Assembly (NCBI RefSeq): GCF_001194135.2
Contig: NC_068992.1
Span: forward strand, 32,468,703 to 32,507,044
Length of the DNA stretch: 38,342 nucleotides
Direction: 5' to 3'
From: Octopus bimaculoides
Taxonomy: Eukaryota
Made by a program: the position numbers and the translations under genes. This document shows positions 34,851 to 38,342 of the stretch, one piece after another (position 1 is the stretch's first letter; every line of letters begins with the position of its first letter). The notes beneath the pieces are model-generated. The model was given only the letters and a program-made list of their open reading frames with translations. It made no database searches and was not told the DNA's origin.

Positions 34851-35109
34851 GTGGGCAATTATGGAGTGAATTTTAGGGCTTATAAATCTAATATTCTCTT
34901 ATCCTTCCTTAATACAATAGTTCGCTAGGCCAAGAAAAGTTTGTAATATTACTATATTAGTTGGGGGAGGCATATTTTGAATTGCGTCTGCCCTCGACGG
35001 GTCAGGTCGTCTTCCATTTTTATAATTTGTCCTAAATATCTAATCTCAAGCAAGAAGACTTCAGAATTCTCCTTACCGAGTGCGAAACCGTAATCTCTTA
35101 TTTTTTGAA

Positions 35110-37045
35110 AACACACTTCATATGTTCGATATGCCGATCACGAGATTCACTTTAAATACATCATCAAGGTATGGAATTGCAAACTGACAGTCCGCCAACA
35201 TCACATCCATAACCAGTTGAAATATTGCAAGCTTCTGACCAAATGGCAATCTATTATATTTGTACAATCATCTGTGCGTATCACTATTAGAAGCTTCGAG
35301 CATTTCTCGTCTACTTTCCTTTGTAGATACGCATCTGACATCCAAATTCGAAAATATTTTGCTACCGTTTAATTGTGCAAAAATATCTTCCGGTGTTGGC
35401 AGTAGGTAGTGGCACATTTTAGACAGTCGCACGAACCTGTAGAAAAGTTGGTACACACTCTGATGTTATTTTCTTCTATACACACAGTTGGTGCTGACCA
35501 TTAACAATAAGTTATCTTTTGAATTATTCGTAATTTCTCGAGACTATCTAATTCTTATACCTGCTTTATCCCAGCAGATGGTACTTTTCTCTTAAGGTTT
35601 GAACACAGGTACGATGTTTTCCTTTATTTGAAAACTGGTCTCAGTTTTAGAACATAGACCTAATTTATCCACAGCACTTCAGGGAACAAGTAATTTAATT
35701 TTTTCTTCAATTCAGCTACTGAGTTATTTTTTACTGGTAAGACTGCTATTTACATTTTCACCGAACATATTTATAGGGTCTGTCCCAAAAGCCAAATAAT
35801 TCCAAACAATCCTTACCGAACAGACCGGTTGCCTTTTGTACCACGGAATCTTTTACTCTACATGTTTTCACTGAAATGTCGCATCACTCAATATTTCGAT
35901 TACAAACTGTAATTTTACACCTCTCACACCTCGTGTAATTTTTGATGTTTTTCTTAAAGTAGGTTTCCCAATTCTTATCCGTTTCTTTATTAATAATCCA
36001 GGTGTCTCTATCAGTGTCTAGTTGCAATTTATTATTCACTTCGTTTACTTTTATATGTACAATTTCCCTCTTTTTTGTGTCACTTCTACTTACCGTTGAG
36101 AAAGCTTTAGAATTTTTTATGTTCGACCTTCTTAACTTTGCTCTGCAATGTGAGCTCTTGTGTCCTAATTTTTGGCAACTTGAAGAGTTTTGCGTTTTAC
36201 AAAGACAATGCATCCTGAAATGTAGCGTGAATTTGGTCCTCACATTTGTTTTTGTTTATACCTTCCCAGTGGGTACGCTTGTAGTTGCGAGAACTCCTTT
36301 TCAATTCTTTTACATCTGAGGTAAATTATTTGAAACTCCTCTGCAACTGTACGCAATGTTAAACTTTACTCCGCTTGTTCAAGTTTTGTGAGAATTGTTG
36401 CACGTTTCTCCGCATCTTTGTTTGACGTATACTCTTGTACAACAATAAGGCGCTGAAACGTATCAGGAGTTAGTTCCTTCAGTTTAAACCTTTTGCACAT
36501 TTGGTTTACTGTTCTGGCATATGTATCAAAATCATTTTCTGTTTAGTTATATTCCAACACTCCCATCAAGAGGTAAATATGAAACACTTATCACTGAATA
36601 TTTTTGATAGTAGCTCAACTACTTCCTGGAAACAAATCTCACCAGTTGTTTTTGGGAAGTTATGAAATTATTCAAAAATAATCGTTCCTGTTCGTTGTCT
36701 GTCCACGACTTGCAATCTTCCCTGAAGATTTCTTCGTACCTTCTAAAGAACGCTGCAAACGTTATACTCTCCTCTGGGTCATAACTGAATTCTGTTATAG
36801 AGTTCGATACGCCGTCTGGCGAAAACGAACTTATAGTGTTTCCGGACTTCTTAAGACATGGCTCCATCGACTGTTGTTGGCTTTCTTGTTTCTGAAGTAA
36901 TCCTTTCTGCAAATCTTGTTGCTCATATTGATGCTGCTTATACAATTTTATTACAGAAGCTGATAGGTCCTTCATCATTAACAAATTGGTATCACAAAAA
37001 TATGTTAAGTAACCTGCGCGAGCTTCAAATTCTCGATGCCAGTAT
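35110..37045 (-). mobile_element. Ty3/Gypsy LTR retrotransposon internal region (gag-protease-RT), 3'-truncated and decayed
   Basis: Gag: SITEFSYDPEESITFAAFFRRYEEIF. Zn knuckle remnant: SSSCQKLGHKSSHC. Protease: LQLDTDRD. RT: YLPTPEDIFAQLNGSKIFSNLD, YNRLPFG, and YLDD at 35160-35171. Many stops and frameshifts. Confidence 0.92.
37032..37041 (-). promoter_or_regulatory. Putative primer-binding site of the Gypsy element
   Basis: TGGCATCGAG lies 4 nt inside the candidate LTR end; TGG complements the tRNA CCA. Confidence 0.6.
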
Positions 37046-37358
37046 TGTCATGTAGTTACTCGTCGCTAATTAGAGAAGCATCCCTTCTATTTATGACGAT
37101 ACCTGTTTACACTATAGTGACAACCATATAAAGAAGTAGAGTAACAACCAACAAAATAATCCAAGGAACTCTCCACGAAATCTCCGCGAACAAACAAACA
37201 ATATTCCAACAAACCAAAACGAAGCCTTAAGATTTCCTGCGATTAAGGCCCACTCTCTCTCTCTCTCATTTTAATTGCTGTTATTTATAGTCATTGGGGC
37301 CAGTCTTTTTCTTCAAAGAGTATCATGGTACTCGCCATATCGATTTACCTAACTTACA
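37046..37358 (-). mobile_element. Putative 5' LTR (313 bp) of the Gypsy element
   Basis: Minus strand starts TGTAAG and ends ATGACA, has a TATA-like CTATAAATAA (plus 37281-37290), and sits next to the PBS. There is no second LTR in the window to confirm it. Confidence 0.6.
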
Positions 37359-37532
37359 TGAAAATATCTTGAAATGTTAAAGAGTAAATATATTCAAAAA
37401 AATCACCATTGACTTCAACCCCACCCTCTACACAACTTCGGAATCTCCTGCAACTCTTCTGGATGGGTTCCTTGTTTAAGTTGGTGAGTGCTGCCATAAT
37501 CATTGCCTTCACTTCATCTTTGGTCTTACCGC
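37359..37532 (-). pseudogene. C-terminus and 3' flank of a Tc1/mariner-superfamily transposase (possibly DD37D/maT-like)
   Basis: KTKDEVKAMIMAALTNLNKEPIQKSCRRFRSCVEGGVEVNGDFFE matches ..DELK.RI...F..L....V.KAC.RFR.RLEAVVEANG.FIE. Confidence 0.75.
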
Positions 37533-37559
37533 TCACGGTTCAGATTTCGTGCAAAGTTC

Positions 37560-38090
37560 GTGCAAAGTTCGCAGCTCTACAATAAAAGAGATGACAAAAT
37601 TGCAAGTGCTACACTCAGTAAACTTTTGAGACATTTGTGGTACCTCTCTGAGAAGCTTATGGCGAATGCGTTGTTTTGATTCAACTGTTTTGCATGAGAC
37701 AAAAAAAAAAATGAAGCATGCTCTGCAGAAACCAGTTGACTCAAAACCGAGCAAACAAGCTTCAATAAATCCTGAATCAGCTAAAACAACTGCAAGATTT
37801 CATTACTGCCAACACAAAAAGGATTCTTTCAAATCTTGGTGGTGCCTTGCACTTTCTTGAAAATTTGCTGAATAATGGAATGATGATGAAAGTTATGCAA
37901 ATGCAAGAGATATCGCGTATAGACCCAAAATGGTAAAGGAAATTGCGGAAAGAATACAACAAAATGTAAGAATGCAACAAAATGATAACCAATGATGAAG
38001 AGCAGAAACAATACCTTCTTCAAATTGTTGAAGGTTATAGGTCGTCATTCTCAAACAAAAACAAGACAACATTACTCTTGCTTCACAAAA
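37560..38090 (+). pseudogene. C-terminal fragment of a hAT-related (hATm-like) transposase
   Basis: DDKIASATLSKLLRHLWYLSEKLMANALF, WNDDESYANARDIAY, and ITNDEEQKQYLLQIVEGYRSSF match the HLWYLS / DEEQKQYLLQVV motifs. The subfamily name is from recall. Frameshifted. Confidence 0.65.
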
Positions 38091-38342
38091 AACAAAAATA
38101 AACTCACATAAACGATTATGATGTGCCTACTGGGGAAATTCCCACATAACAAAAGTTAACGTGATATACGATGTACTTCACTACGTACTATACCCTAGAA
38201 TCTCATCGTTTTTTTTTCACACTAGGTTAATTAGATATATATCAAACCCGTTTCTTCGAAAATATCGACAGTGTAATATTTTTTAGCACACATAACTAAG
38301 ATACACTTATTTTTAAAGCTTCGTAGCAACCACTACTTTTGT

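Larger units (their letters stand above)
34485..34900 (-). mobile_element. Composite repeat: tRNA-like head + (AAT)n + hammerhead-containing tail (boundaries approximate)
   Basis: On the minus strand, in order: tRNA-like 34777-34850, (AAT)n 34731-34775, linker, HHR 34599-34646. Confidence 0.65.

Overview
AT-rich, microsatellite-dense, repeat-filled animal genomic DNA with five scaffold gaps. The SINE and LINE families look like those of Octopus or a related coleoid cephalopod; this is recalled similarity, not a database result. No host protein-coding gene can be called with confidence, and most ORFs in the track are microsatellite or N-run artefacts. The window holds decayed mobile elements: Penelope-like (PLE) relics, RTE and R4/Dong-type LINE pieces, tRNA-derived SINEs, a full-length mariner, an internally deleted Tc1 element, other Tc1/mariner and hATm-like transposase fragments, and the 5' half of a Ty3/Gypsy element. 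The most notable signal is a set of minimal type I hammerhead ribozyme (HHR) motifs in several unrelated repeats. One is a ~352-360 bp tandem and inverted repeat whose two copies both carry the compensatory U3-A8 core (UUGAUAA), a candidate non-LTR retrozyme. Another is an element combining a tRNA-like head, an (AAT)n tract and an HHR.
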